Assembly: GCA_030295235.1 (NCBI GenBank)
Contig: AP026140.1
Span: 868,001 to 932,000, forward strand
Source of the DNA: Fistulifera solaris
Taxonomy: Eukaryota
Direction: 5' to 3'
Length of the DNA: 64,000 bases
Shown: piece after piece, positions 50,631-63,127 of the stretch
Layout: each line of letters opens with the position of its first letter
Numbering within the stretch: the stretch's first letter is position 1
Translations under genes and position numbers: made by a program
The notes under the pieces: model-generated
The model's input: only the letters and a program-made list of their open reading frames with translations
Told to the model about the DNA's origin: nothing
The model's database searches: none

Positions 50631-52818
50631 ATGGCCATCAGTATGGATCCCTGCGTTGACAATGAAGAGGAATACGAAGACGACCTTTATGAGCCGTTGG
50701 ACTCGAATCCAGACGATATTTTACGAGAACTCTTTTGCACGTCGTGCGTCGTCACGAAAGTGATAGTAGTAGTGATGAGGAAGACTCTCCGCAATTGAGA
50801 ATTCAACACGTCATACAGTGTTTAGAACAAGAAGGCATTTGGTTTTGGCGGGATGAACGGTTCGTCGAATCGCAAAATGTCGCCTTGCGTTTCGCGCAAA
50901 CCCAACGCAAACCGTATACGCACCAAATTTCTTCCGCATCGCAGACTTTAGCCATGCAAGTGCCTCTCAATTTCTACATTTTTCAAGAATTCGTCAAACC
51001 GTGTGCACGACTCTTTTTAAAAGCCTTTTCACAAGAATTGGTCATTCCCAATTGGAAGACTTTCGTGACGGACATGAAGTATCATTTCCAACAAGTCGAA
51101 CCCTTGCAAGACGGTGCGAATGCATCGTACATTCCGGTACTGCAACAAGCTGATCCCGAACAATGGGCCTTGTCGATTTGTTCGATTGATGGACAGCGCG
51201 TTTCCTTGGGTGAGGCCCATTTGGTTCCACACACACTGCAATCCGTCTCGAAACCCGTCACGTACGCCATGGCATTGCATCGAGAAGGTGAAGCCTTTAT
51301 GGAAGAATGGATTGATGTCGAACCGGCGGGTCGGCCGTTCAATACGCAGGATTTGGATCCGGACACCCAACGTCCCTTCAATGCGTCCATCAATTCGGGG
51401 GCGATCATGGCGGCGGGCATTTTGGCCAGTGGATTTTCTTCGAGCGTGAATTGGAAACATATTGTAGACCAGGTTCGTAAAACATGGTACGAACTGTGTG
51501 GGAATGATCTCGACATTGGCTTTTCGGATGTGACGTTCGAGTCGGAAAAGGAAACGGCCTATAACAACTTTGCCATTGCTTACAATCTCAAAGGCCGCAA
51601 AGGATTACCCCGCAATGTCGACTTGCACACGATGCTCGATGTGTATCTGGGATGTTGTTCGATTGAAATTACGACAGAAGCACTGTCCGTCGCCGCCGCG
51701 ACCTTGGCGAATGGTGGAATTTGTCCCATTACCGGCAAAGAAGTCTTTCCGGCCTCCGTCGTCCGCACGGTCTTGTCCGAAATCATGATGTGCGGCATGT
51801 ACAATCAAGCGGGACATTTCGCCGTCGAAGTGGGTTTGCCGGCCAAGTCCGGAGTCAGTGGAGCACTCATGGTGATTGTCCCGAACGTGTTTGGCTTTGC
51901 GACGTTCTCGCCGCGCCTCAATTCGAAAGGGAACTCGGTGCGCGGTGTCGCCTTTTGTCGACGATTGGTCGACAGTTATCGTGTCCATGTCTTTGAAACA
52001 CTCCGCAGTGGGAATACCGGCGCCAAAATTGATCCCCGTCGCAATGGATGGAAAGAAGAACGCAAGCACATTTCTCGTATGGCGTGGGCGGTCCAAGTCG
52101 GGGATGTTCATGCGTTGCGCATTCGAGACATTTTCTTGTTTGCCTTGTGCCAAACCGCCAATGCTTCGCCGGAAGGTCTTTCGGAACGCATGCTGGATTT
52201 GATTCGTGCCAGTTATCAAGATATTTATCAGAGTCCCGTCGATGAATCGCTGTTTTCGGATATTCAGGAAGCGGTCAAGCAGAATCCGAAAGAGCTGCAC
52301 TTTTGGATCAATTGACCAAGGATACGCGAATTCAGGATTCCATGAGAACTTTGATTGTCATGGCGATGTTTGACATTATTATGGTCGATGGCTATGCTAC
52401 CGAAGAAGAACAGAATGTGGCGATTCAAGTGGCGACGCTTTTGGGGGTCAGCGAGAAGATTGCGCGAATGGAATTGAATCGTTACAAACAGAAAAACAAG
52501 CACCGGTCGCGCGATATGGTCTATTGTGATATGATTGAAAGTTACGATGTGGACGTGTCACGTCACCGGCAGAACAATCCCTTCATTGCCGAGCTCTATG
52601 CCACGTCGGCGAGTCCGTCCCGGAACCAATCCTTTGCGACTCTTCGGGACGAACTGTTGAAGCAGAAACGGGTTCCGGACAAACTCCCATCACGAGAGAA
52701 TCTGGCACAGCAAGAAGAGATTGTTGCCCTGCGGAAAGAAGTGCTTCGTCTTCGTCAGAAACTCACTAATTTGACACTCATCTTGAACGACCGGATGAGC
52801 GCGGTCGACATCGATTAG
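50631..52818 (+). CDS. Glutaminase with C-terminal TerB-like domain and coiled coil (indels near 50735 and 52303)
   Basis: ASYIPVL, LQSVSKP (SxxK), NASINSGAI, CGMYNQAG..VGLPAKSGVSG, FSPRLNSKGNSVRG. Confidence 0.9.
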
Positions 52819-52940
52819 TTGGTTATTACGAGAAGAGACGTCCAGCCAGAGATCTGGTTTAGAAATTACAACAGCATAGAGAAGGACACTCACTTATAGA
52901 AAATAGAACCTACTATATACATTCTTTTTCTCACTCTAAG

Positions 52941-54809
52941 CTAGCAACTATTCAAGGTCTCATTTCGGTACACCCTGAAAATATCCTCCAGTTTGGTCGT
53001 TATCAGCTCGGCCAACAAACTTTTTGACAACGCCTTGAAACCGTCCTCCATCAGATTGTTGGTGGCCGTTCGCGCCAAGGTATTGACCGCTTGTCGCAAC
53101 TCCGCATCGCTTTCTGCCGTCATGGCACGCACAATGACCGCCAAATACGGAATGGACGACTGCGGAGTATGCGACGAACCAATCCACTCATTGGTGCAAC
53201 CATCGGGTCCCTTGCCGGAATGAAAATACGGATTGCTTTCGGACAAGATGAATTTGCGGGTTTTCTTCTGAATCGACTGATCGGGATCATGTTGAGGACT
53301 GAAGTATTCCATATATTGAAGGGAGAGCAATGAAGGCACATTGGCGTCGTCCATGAGGTTGGCTCCACCGCACGCATCAACTTCATATGCGTATATTTTG
53401 CCAAATTCGTCGTGTTGTACAACGCCATGCGTATGTATTCCCCTATCAATCGAGTCGGCTAGATCTTCGCATTGTTGAGCTCGGATATCGTCTTTTATAG
53501 AACGGAAAATCTCGGCCGTTTGGCGCAAGGATACCACCATCATTTGATTCACTGGAATCAGGTAGCCGAACTCAGTCGGATCACCCGAAGGACGAAACCC
53601 AGTCCATACTAGTCCATCACCTTGACAAACCGGCTGCCCCTCTCCGTCGTCTTTCAACTCGGGATATCGATAAAGCGACTCGGCATGATTCTGTTCTCTC
53701 ACCACCGTTTGCAAAATCAGATCCACTCCATGAATCCAATTTGAATCTAAAGCCAACATTGGTCGATTGTGCTGTTGATAAAACTGAAATAACTTGTATG
53801 ACAATCGCAAATGATACGCCAGGTTATCCAGCTCGAAATTGTGCTTTGCAACGTGAATGGTTCGTCCGTATTTGTAATCCGAGTCGGTCAATCGCTGTCT
53901 TCCGGTAAAGTCATGATCCAAAAACAGTCGGAATGACGCGGAGTACGGATCGGCTTGTAAAAATAAGGATTGTCGTCGCAGCAACCCCTCTACCAAACGT
54001 AACAAATAATGAGATTGCGACAAGAGGGGCATGTACGGATCGACTTGTGCCGATGAATCTCGTAACCCCATCAATACTGTATCCCCGGTAGCAACAAATG
54101 TGGTTCCATCCGACAAGGGGAATGTCGTTTGTTCGAGTGTCAAGGCGTACGAATTGTTAAAAATGTCCGCTAATGTGTCGAGATTGGCTTGCCGGAGTCG
54201 TTCGGAGATACGCTTCTGGTACTGTCGAACAGGATCCGGAACAATTAGATTCCCTACTTGAATTCCGACCTGTTGTAATTGTTGTGTAAAATTTTGATGA
54301 AAAAGTTGCACATCTGACGGTAGTTGAAAGTCCTGTGATTGTGTTTCTGCCGATTCGATTACATATTCATAATAGGATTCATACAAAGGATCGTAATTAA
54401 CATCCCAGAAAATCCCATTTGATTGGTAGCGATATTGATGGTCCGCTGCAACGTCAGCGGGTAATCCAAAGAGATAAGAAGGTTTCTGATCTGTCCGCAC
54501 GGCATGCCCAAACGTGTATTCTAAAGGCGTCGTCATGAGAGGCTGCACAGCAATTTTGCTGGCCTTTTTCACTATTACTCCGACTGCTCCTTGTTTTTTC
54601 TTCTTCTGCTTGGCCCGTAGCTGAAGTCTTTCGGATAATGCGATACGGCTATGCTCCAGTTTGGCCGCATTATCGTGTACGACCCGCATCAACAGCACAG
54701 AAACGAACGTCCAAAATATCAAGAATCCCCCACAGGCGATCAAGGCCAACGTCATGCATCCCGAACGATCGCGACGCTTTCGCTCCTGATGTCTAACAAG
54801 CCGTTTCAT
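52941..54809 (-). CDS. GH125 family paralogue A, type II membrane; intact ORF with degenerate active-site motifs
   Basis: Collinear with paralogue B; FELD, YAYEVD, MDDANVPSLLSL retained. Confidence 0.85.
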   Translation of the reverse strand: MKRLVRHQERKRRDRSGCMTLALIACGGFLIFWTFVSVLLMRVVHDNAAKLEHSRIALSERLQLRAKQKKKKQGAVGVIVKKASKIAVQPLMTTPLEYTFGHAVRTDQKPSYLFGLPADVAADHQYRYQSNGIFWDVNYDPLYESYYEYVIESAETQSQDFQLPSDVQLFHQNFTQQLQQVGIQVGNLIVPDPVRQYQKRISERLRQANLDTLADIFNNSYALTLEQTTFPLSDGTTFVATGDTVLMGLRDSSAQVDPYMPLLSQSHYLLRLVEGLLRRQSLFLQADPYSASFRLFLDHDFTGRQRLTDSDYKYGRTIHVAKHNFELDNLAYHLRLSYKLFQFYQQHNRPMLALDSNWIHGVDLILQTVVREQNHAESLYRYPELKDDGEGQPVCQGDGLVWTGFRPSGDPTEFGYLIPVNQMMVVSLRQTAEIFRSIKDDIRAQQCEDLADSIDRGIHTHGVVQHDEFGKIYAYEVDACGGANLMDDANVPSLLSLQYMEYFSPQHDPDQSIQKKTRKFILSESNPYFHSGKGPDGCTNEWIGSSHTPQSSIPYLAVIVRAMTAESDAELRQAVNTLARTATNNLMEDGFKALSKSLLAELITTKLEDIFRVYRNETLNSC

Positions 54810-55343
54810 GTTTTGTAGCGGAGCCGCTGGCGAAAATGAAGGGTATATGCGCTTCCTATTCTCGCTTCTATTACTTTTCGAAAAGAAAGTTTTGCGTCAG
54901 TTTTTGGCAGAGTTTTTGGTGCTCTCAGGACGAGAGCGCGAGGAGTACAACGTTTAGAACTTGAGTCTTGAGTGTCGTATACTCCACGAACCGCGACGAT
55001 AGACTCTCCAGCAAAATGTACATAATCAAATCATTTACATAACCCTTTCAAACGCGCTTGGTCACAAGGGCTATTTTCCTTTTTCCTCCTCCGTTTACCG
55101 TCACCACCTTTCTTTTTTTCGGCATTTTGAAACTTGAAACGTTCCTGAATGAATGAATAGAGAAGATTGAGATTTGAAAGATAACCCTTGAGTTGCGAAA
55201 GGACGACCTATGATTCATTCCATTTAATAGCAATAACATCAAATGGTGGAGATTAGGCAGGAAGCGGGAGCCATAAACCGGTAATCACTTGTTGGAATCA
55301 AAGATACGACGCATATCTCCTGCCTTGAGCTTTTCTGCCTTAG

Positions 55344-57240
55344 CTAGCAGCTATTCAAAGTCTCATTTCGGTGCACCCTCAATATATCCTCTAATTCGGT
55401 AGTTATCAGCTCCGCAAACAAGCTATTCGCCCACGCAAAAGATTTTCTTGAGAAGGTAGATGGTTTCGTGGAACGAAAGCTTTCGTGCATGAGATTGTTG
55501 GTGGCCGTTCTAGCCAGCGTACTGACTGCTTGTCGCAACTCAGCATCACTTTCAGCCGTCAGTGCACGTAAAATGACCGCCATGTGCCAAATGGACGATT
55601 TCGCTGTGTGCGGAGAGCCAATTCCTTCGTTGATGCAACCATCGGGCCCTTCGCCAGCATAAAAGTAGGGGTTGCTTTTCGACAAGATGAATCTGCGTGT
55701 ATTCTTTTGAATTGACTGATCGGGATCATACTGAGGACTTGAATATTCTAAATATTCGAGGGAGAGTAATGAAGGCACATTGGCGTCGTCCATGAGGTTC
55801 TTTCCACCGCACGCATCAACTTCGTAAGCATATATTTTGCCAAAATCGTCGTGTTGAATGACACCATGGGAGTGGATACCTTTGTCGATGGAGTCAGCCA
55901 GCTCTTCGCATTGCTGAGCTCGGATATCGTCTTTTATAGAACGGAAAATCTCGGCCGTTTGGCGCAATGATACCACCATCATTTGGTTCGCCGGAATGAG
56001 ATAACCGAATTTTGTCGGATCATCAGAAGGACGAAAGCCAACCCAAACAAGCCCATCCCCTTTACAAACAGGCTGCCCTTTACCGTTGTGCGGGAGTTCG
56101 GGATATCGATAAAGCGACTCGTCATGATTCTGTTCTCTCACCACCGTTTGCAAAATCAGATCAACTCCCCGGATCCAGCTCCCATCCAAAGCCAACATCG
56201 GTCGATTGTGTTGTTGATAAAATTGGAATAGCTTGTATGATAACCGCAAATGATACGCCAGATTATCCAACTCGAAATTGTGCATGGCGACATGAATGGT
56301 TCGACCGGATTGGTAGTCCCAGTCCGTCAACCGCTGCTTGTTCACAAAATCGAAATCCAAAAACAGTCGAAAGGATGTAGCATACGGGTCGGCCTGTATG
56401 AATAAGGACTGTCGTCGTAAAAGTCCCTCCACGAGATGCAGCAGATAGTCGGATTGTGACAGAAGAGGAATGTAGGGATGGACCTGTGCGGAGGAATCTC
56501 GCAACCACATGAGTTCAATGTCTCCCGTTATGACATATGTGGTTCCATCCGACAAGGGAAACGTCGTCTGTTCGAGTGTGAAGGCGTACGAGTTGTCAAA
56601 AATGTCCGCTAATGTGTCCAGCCCCGCTTGGCGGAGTTGCTGGCTGATCTGATGTTGGTGCCGTCGGAGAGGAGCCGGAACAATCAAATTCCCTACTTGC
56701 ATCCCGATATGTTGCATTTGTTGCGTTAGCTTTTGTTGATACGTTCCTACATCTGGTGCTAATTGAAAGTCTTTGACTTGTGTTTTGGCCTCCTCGAAAA
56801 CGACTTGACGATATTTTTGATACAAAGGATCCTGCGTATCTTCCCAGAAGATCCCATTCGATTGATAGCGATATTGATGTTCCGCTGGAACGTCAGCGGG
56901 TAATCCGAAGAGATAGGAAGGCTTTGTATTGTTCCTCCTAACGGCGTGTCCGAAAGTGTATCCGATAGGTGTCGCATGAGAAGATGAATGGCTAACTCGA
57001 AGGTTAGCTGTTGTCGATGGTGTTGCCTTCTTGGGTTTCGTCTTTGTGCGTAACTGGAGTCTCTGCGATACTCTCACACGAGTTTTGTCCAAATAGGCCG
57101 CATGATCGAACAGGGCACCGAACAAGAAGATCAAAACTGCGATCCAAAACACCAGCAATCCCCCCGCAAACAATTATAGCCAGCGTCACACACCTCGATC
57201 GATAGGGCTTGCGCTCATGCCGTTTCCACAATCGTCTCAT
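55344..57240 (-). CDS. GH125 exo-alpha-1,6-mannosidase-like paralogue B, type II membrane (1-nt G-run indel near 57163)
   Basis: ITGDIELMWLRDS, FRPSDD, MDDANVPSLLSL, GIGSPHT, MHESF, FAWANSLFAE. Confidence 0.9.
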
Positions 57241-57823
57241 GAAGAAAATATTGTTTTTGTGCTGTTTGTTGCTGCTGGAATGAAGCAGCCACAATAGACA
57301 TTAATTGGTTACGAGAAAATGGCTCCATGCGGATTGAGAAGCGACGCCACACGACACGCAAAGACCTTTTTTCGGGGGGCAAAATAAGCCACATACCTGG
57401 TAAACACCTTGACTGTGAGCGAATCCGTGACTACTGGTGAGACAAAAATCGTTTTTGAGAGATAGTAACGGAAAACAGCAACGTCAGAATCTATGCATCA
57501 TACCCATCGACATAATAAGTCGTCCGTATACTTTAGTCACGGAGATTGCTTGATCGTTGTTGAATTTTACCGAAGACGCATCTTGGTCTTCAAAAAGCTA
57601 AATGAGACTTAGTTTGGTTATTATTATAATTAGTCGTTATGAATTTTTACTCGGGTGATTTTCGCTTATGAGGTTTGTAAATCATTCTGCTTGGGTTATG
57701 AACGGACAATGATGTGATTATGAAAGAAGGGGGAAAGGTCCTTTTTCTTGAGTGCTCTGGACAGGAGTGGTTTTATGAATCATTGTTCCTGTACCAGAAT
57801 TATGAAATTTTGTTATGAAACTT

Positions 57824-59368
57824 TCATGTTGGGCCACGGTTGAAAAAGGCGGATGTTAAAAAGTCAATTGTGTCGTCATCAAGTCGTTGACTCAGCGAAT
57901 GTAAAGAGGTATCGACCAACGCATCTTCCTCGCGGGCAATTCGTGGCGTGCTACTTGGGAGACGACTTGCTGGGGATGGACTAGAAAACACGCGCCTTTC
58001 GTGGGCAGCATGGAGAGTTGCTGGATTATGAAAATAGGGTCCACCTGGAGGGGGTGGAGAAGGGTGATATGGATGAGGGTTGTTGTGACGAGAAGGTGGC
58101 AGAGAAGGAGGGTGCATCCGATTCTGATAGGTGGAATATCCCCAAAGATCCTGTGAGGCATGACCACCAAAAGTCCGACCGGTAGGACGCAATAAAGCAG
58201 GAGGCGCAGGGAGCATTTGACCGGGGAATCGACCCGAATGGAGAGGCGAGCTATGCGACTCGCCAAACAAGGAAGCACGGGTCCGACGCAAATCCTCGAG
58301 CTCCCTCTGAATGTTGGCCATGTCATTCGCCAAGCGGGAGTGCGCATGGACCGCCTGGCCTGGCGAATCAATCGGACTGTTTTCTGCAGAAAAGGGAAGA
58401 CCCTCCATGGTTGTAATGGCAGGAGAGCCAGGAAGAAATGCCTCATTCAAATGAGCGGGATGGAATGTACTCTCAGACGCCTCTGGTTCAGAATGATGTC
58501 GCCGTGCATCCACCTGCATTGTTAATTCGGAGGATGCAGTTCGAGCTGATTCATCGTTAAGGGTATCAATATACTTTGGAACCGCTGGCTTCTTCGTAGC
58601 TTCAGAGTGATCTGATTCCTCGGCTACGGATGATCGAAACCAAGTAGCCGGATAAGCTCCACCTTCAACTGGTTCTAGACTCAGCATCGACTTGTCCGAC
58701 GGAACTGATGCAACAGAAGCCACCGACATGGTAGATTCGTGCTTGCTTTCACTCTTCGAATCTGGACTATCCTTCGTTTTTCCCTTTTCCATCTTTTTTC
58801 TGGTCGATACGCCACTGTGCGACAGCTTCATCATACTTTGCCTTTTCTCGCCCTGCTATATCCAGATATGGTGCTTTGGATGCAGGATCGAGCTCGTTCC
58901 ATTTGGCAGCAATAGACTTGGCCAAATTGGCGAACCCGATACCGAGAGACACCCTCCTCCTCCTCCGTTTCTTCTTTACAGGCTTTCCGTCCGAAGGTCC
59001 TGCTGGTTCGGGGCCTGTCTGGTCAGGTAATCTTTGTGCAAGTTGTCGATTCGCCTCTGGATTAGCAGCCGTGCCTACAGAACCGAGTATGCGTTCCCTT
59101 TCGTCTTTGAAAAACAAGTTATATGCACTGAGCGGTCGCTTGGGCATATCTTTTGGCTTTTCCAAGGTACGGCAGGAGATTTTCGCTTACGTTTCGGCTG
59201 CGCCTGTGCACCTGATCCGTGTGGATCATTAACTGTTTTGGCTTTCGACATGCTATCCATTGGCGTACAACTATTCGTCTGACCAGACTGCCCCCATGGT
59301 TGGAGTTGAGGATGAGGTTGTGAGGCCGTCCGTTCGAAGGCTCCGATGCTTTCGGAGGATTTGCTCAA
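57824..59368 (-). CDS. HMG-box transcription factor with long disordered C-terminus (indels; 5' end uncertain)
   Basis: KPKDMPKRPLSAYNLFFKDERERIL..GIGFANLAKSIAAKWNEL..REKAKY. Confidence 0.85.
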
Positions 59369-60645
59369 CCAGACGGAACGAAGAAAAACGTGACACTGGA
59401 AAGATGGACGTTAGATTTTGCTTAGTGCCCTGACGGTTTTTATCATAGCCCCTAGCGTCTACTTAAGTCTTTCCTCTGCTAAGTACCATTAGGGGGCAAT
59501 AATCGTTTGATTAGTCCCCAGTTAGTCACTTAGAAGATCCTCTTGCGGGAAATCGCTAAAATGACATACCAAACGAGCAACGAAAAGAATGTTGCCCTGT
59601 GGAAGTAGCGCAGAAATCCGTTGGCTTGAGTACTTAAGGATAGATAGTGTGACGACATATTCCCCGATCGCCTAAGGTTTGGGCGTAATAAGTACTCCGT
59701 ACCTGGTAACGGCGGAAGTCAAACGCAAATCAATCATGAACTCACGTCTGAAGTTAAAGAATAGTGCCAATTGACCACGAATCATTTGACTTGCCATTAA
59801 TTCTTCATTTGTAAATCCACTTCGGTGCATGATTGAGGAGATTAAACGATCTGCAAGCCAATAAGCAAAGTGAACGTCTCGTTCTCTCGCTTTCTAAAGC
59901 TTCTTTCCCTTGGATGCCCCTTTGTCAATCGATCAGCAAAGAACAGATCTACGATGACAGAAATACTACTCCGTTTAGAAGAGAGATTGATCCAGACAGA
60001 CGAGTTAGTTTTATAGTCTTTACTCAGCAACCCATCCAGAAACGTTTTCAATGCTAATGGCAATGCGATCGTCGATCAGGGAAGTCTTTGCGAATGGCTT
60101 GATCATTGCGAGCCGATCAAAGCTAATATTTAATGGATGAGCGAATCATGATATCAACCGGCAGATCCTGTCGAGTAACACAATCGTTCATGGAGGTTAT
60201 GCGCTCCAACATGTATGAGGCGTTTTTCATCGTTTTGTGAGGCATTGTAAGTGACGTAGGATAAAAACATTTCTAGAATTTCTAGTTTATAATAAACTTT
60301 CCCTTGCATCAAGGAATAAGAGTCCTTGTCGAAAGGCGGTACGAGAGGGTGCCGTACCAACGTACCAATGAGTTATAGCTTATAGGTGGTGCATTAGTAC
60401 AAATGGACAAGCCGGGTCGTGTGCCGTACTCCTAGCGCCAGTACCGGTGAGTCTTACCATGAAACTTGCTTTTTCTTCCACTTTCCACGTCATCATCGCA
60501 ATTGCCATTAAGGTTTATTTATTATAAGCGCATGCGATACGATAAAGATCAAAAGGAAGCCCTCGTCTTCGACTTCAGATGAAACCACTTACAATTACAA
60601 GTACTCTATTTGAAATCATCAAAACAGTGCACACTGCTTTTCATC

Positions 60646-61636
60646 ATGGGAATAATCACATCCAAAGAAAGCGCTCCGAAATGGTTTGACGGCTTCGTCG
60701 AGCTACTCCCCTGATTTACAAGGAAAAGTGATTGCTGTAACTGGCTGCACAACAGGATTGGGCTACGTCTTTGCGCGCACTTGCATTCAGAAGAATGCTG
60801 CCGCGGTGATTCTGCTAAATCGATCCTCCGAACGAGCCGAAGCTGCTGAAAAGTCTTTGAAAGAGCATGTCAATTCGGACAAGACTGTCGTAGAAACGAT
60901 CGCTTGTGACCTGCAAGACTTTGCTTCTGTACGGAAAGCGGCGGCTCAGCTTAAAGAAAAATACGACGCTGTGGACGTTTTGTGTAACAATGCCGGAATT
61001 ATGGCGTTTCCCGATGAAGCGACCGTCGACGGATACGATGTTCAAATGCAGACGAATCATTTATCGCATTTCTTGTTGACAAAGGAACTCTTTCCTTTGT
61101 TGCAAAGAGCGAAGGAGAGACGTGGGTCGGCTCGCATCGTAAACCATTCGTCGTTCATGCGGAATCGACCTCAGACACCTCTCGAAAAGAAGTACATGGA
61201 AAAGAAGGGTGGCGATCTTGGAGGATCAGGCTCTATTGCGATGTGGGAAAGATATCATCAAACCAAGCTCGCCAACTCTGTTTTCACAAGCGCTTTACAA
61301 GATCGTCTGAAAGGATCGGGTATCCTTGCCAATGTAGCGGCACCGGGGTATTCGTATACGGACCTGCAATCCACTTCGCCGGCTATGAGTGGCTTCTTGC
61401 TTTGGTCCAGACCATTTATGTCACAGTCGGTCGCCGACGGATGCATGCCATTACTGGCAGCTGCATTCCTCCCATCCTCAAGTACGACCGAAAAGACGAT
61501 GATCTGGGAACCGTGTCGTATGCGATTGACAGGCCCTGCAGCTGAATATGAATTGGAAGAAATGTCGACAAAGAAAGAATATCAAGACATGTTGTGGGCT
61601 GCCTCCGAAGAAGCGTGCGGAAAATTTGACATCTAA
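60646..61636 (+). CDS. Short-chain dehydrogenase (RDH12/WWOX-like), tandem copy 1; +1 shift at 60708-60712
   Basis: MGIITS leader; TGCTTGLG, NNAGIM, YHQTK (YxxxK). Confidence 0.9.
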
Positions 61637-62142
61637 TACGGGCTTCTTTTGAATAGATCCCGTCACAGCAGGTGTAAGCAGGCTCAATGGACAGGCCCCT
61701 TAAAAATCGGAATATATTATGAAAATACCTGGTACACATCCATAGAAGAAAGTCATTTATTCAGTTTATTTGCTCGCAAGCTTGCCACGAATACAGGATA
61801 CTTGCATTTGCCGAGGTAAAGCGTTAACTATACTGCATAAACGTTAGATATCTTGCGTTTACATGAAAGTTGGGGTAATTGCGAATTGATTGGACACGTC
61901 AGGCCTATGGCCGGTATTCTCAACTTGAGAATCTAAGCGATACACGACGCTAGAAAGGGAAATTCGATAATTGATAGAATGGTAACAACAAAGAGTGACT
62001 TCACATTTTCCGAGTTCCGAAATCTCGATTTAGAAAACGAAGAATAGAACTCCAGAAGAAGAGACCCATTCTCAACCCTCGAAATCAAAGTGCAAAGAAA
62101 AGGTCGCCACAAAGTCCGTTCCAATCGAGCAATATAATTACC

Positions 62143-63127
62143 ATGGGACTCATCACATCGAAAGAAAGCGCACCGAAATGGTTTGGCAATTTCGCGGAGC
62201 AACTCCCCGGATTTGCAAGGCAAAGTGATTGCCGTCACCGGCTGCACAACCGGCCTCGGTTACATCTTTGCACGCACGTGCGTCCAGAAACATGCCACCG
62301 CGGTGATTCTGTTGAATCGCTCTTCTGAACGAGCCGAAGCCGCGGAAAAGTCGTTGCGGGAAATCGCCAGCCCCGACACTACCGTCGTCACCATCACGTG
62401 CGATCTTCAAGACTTTGGTTCCGTTCGCAAAGCGGCGACCCAGTTGAAAGAAAAGTACGATACCTTGGATGTTTTGTGCAATAACGCCGGAATCATGGCA
62501 TTTCCCGATCAAGCCACTGCGGACGGCTGTGACGTGCAGATGCAAACCAATTTCTTGTCGCATTTCTTGTTGACGAAAGAATTGTTTCCGTTGTTGCAAA
62601 ATGCCAAGACGAAACATGGTTCGGCTCGTATCGTCAATCATTCTTCCTTTGTGCGGTTTCGCCCGAAAACACCCTTCGACACGAAGTATCTGGAGAAAAA
62701 GGGAGGTAATTTGGGTGGCTCCGGCTCCATGGCCATGTGGGAGCGGTATCATCAATCGAAGTTGGCTGTCGCTGTATTTGCCAGCGCATTGCACGATCGA
62801 TTGCAAGGATCGGGGATCGAAGTGACCGTGGCGGCTCCCGGGTATTCGTATACCGATTTACAATCCAGTTCTCCGGGTATGAGCGGATTTCTTTGGTCGC
62901 GAGCTTTCATGGCGCAATCGGTGGCCGATGGATGCATGCCGTTATTGTCGGCGGCTTTCTTACCATCCTCAAGCTCTCAAGATAACTTGAAGATCTGGGA
63001 ACCGCGTCGTTTCCGAATGTCGGGTCCTGCCGTCGAATATGATCTCGAAGAAATGTCCACGAAGAAAGAGTATCAAAATCAATTGTGGGCTGCCTCCGAA
63101 AACGCGTGCGGGAAATTTAATTTGTAA
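62143..63127 (+). CDS. Short-chain dehydrogenase, tandem copy 2; +1 shift at 62205-62209
   Basis: MGLITS leader; TGCTTGLG, NNAGIM, YHQSK. Confidence 0.9.

Noticed and set aside
59400..60600. Possible degraded transposon or gene relic upstream of SDR1
   Set aside because: I could not identify TIRs, LTRs or transposase/RT motifs.
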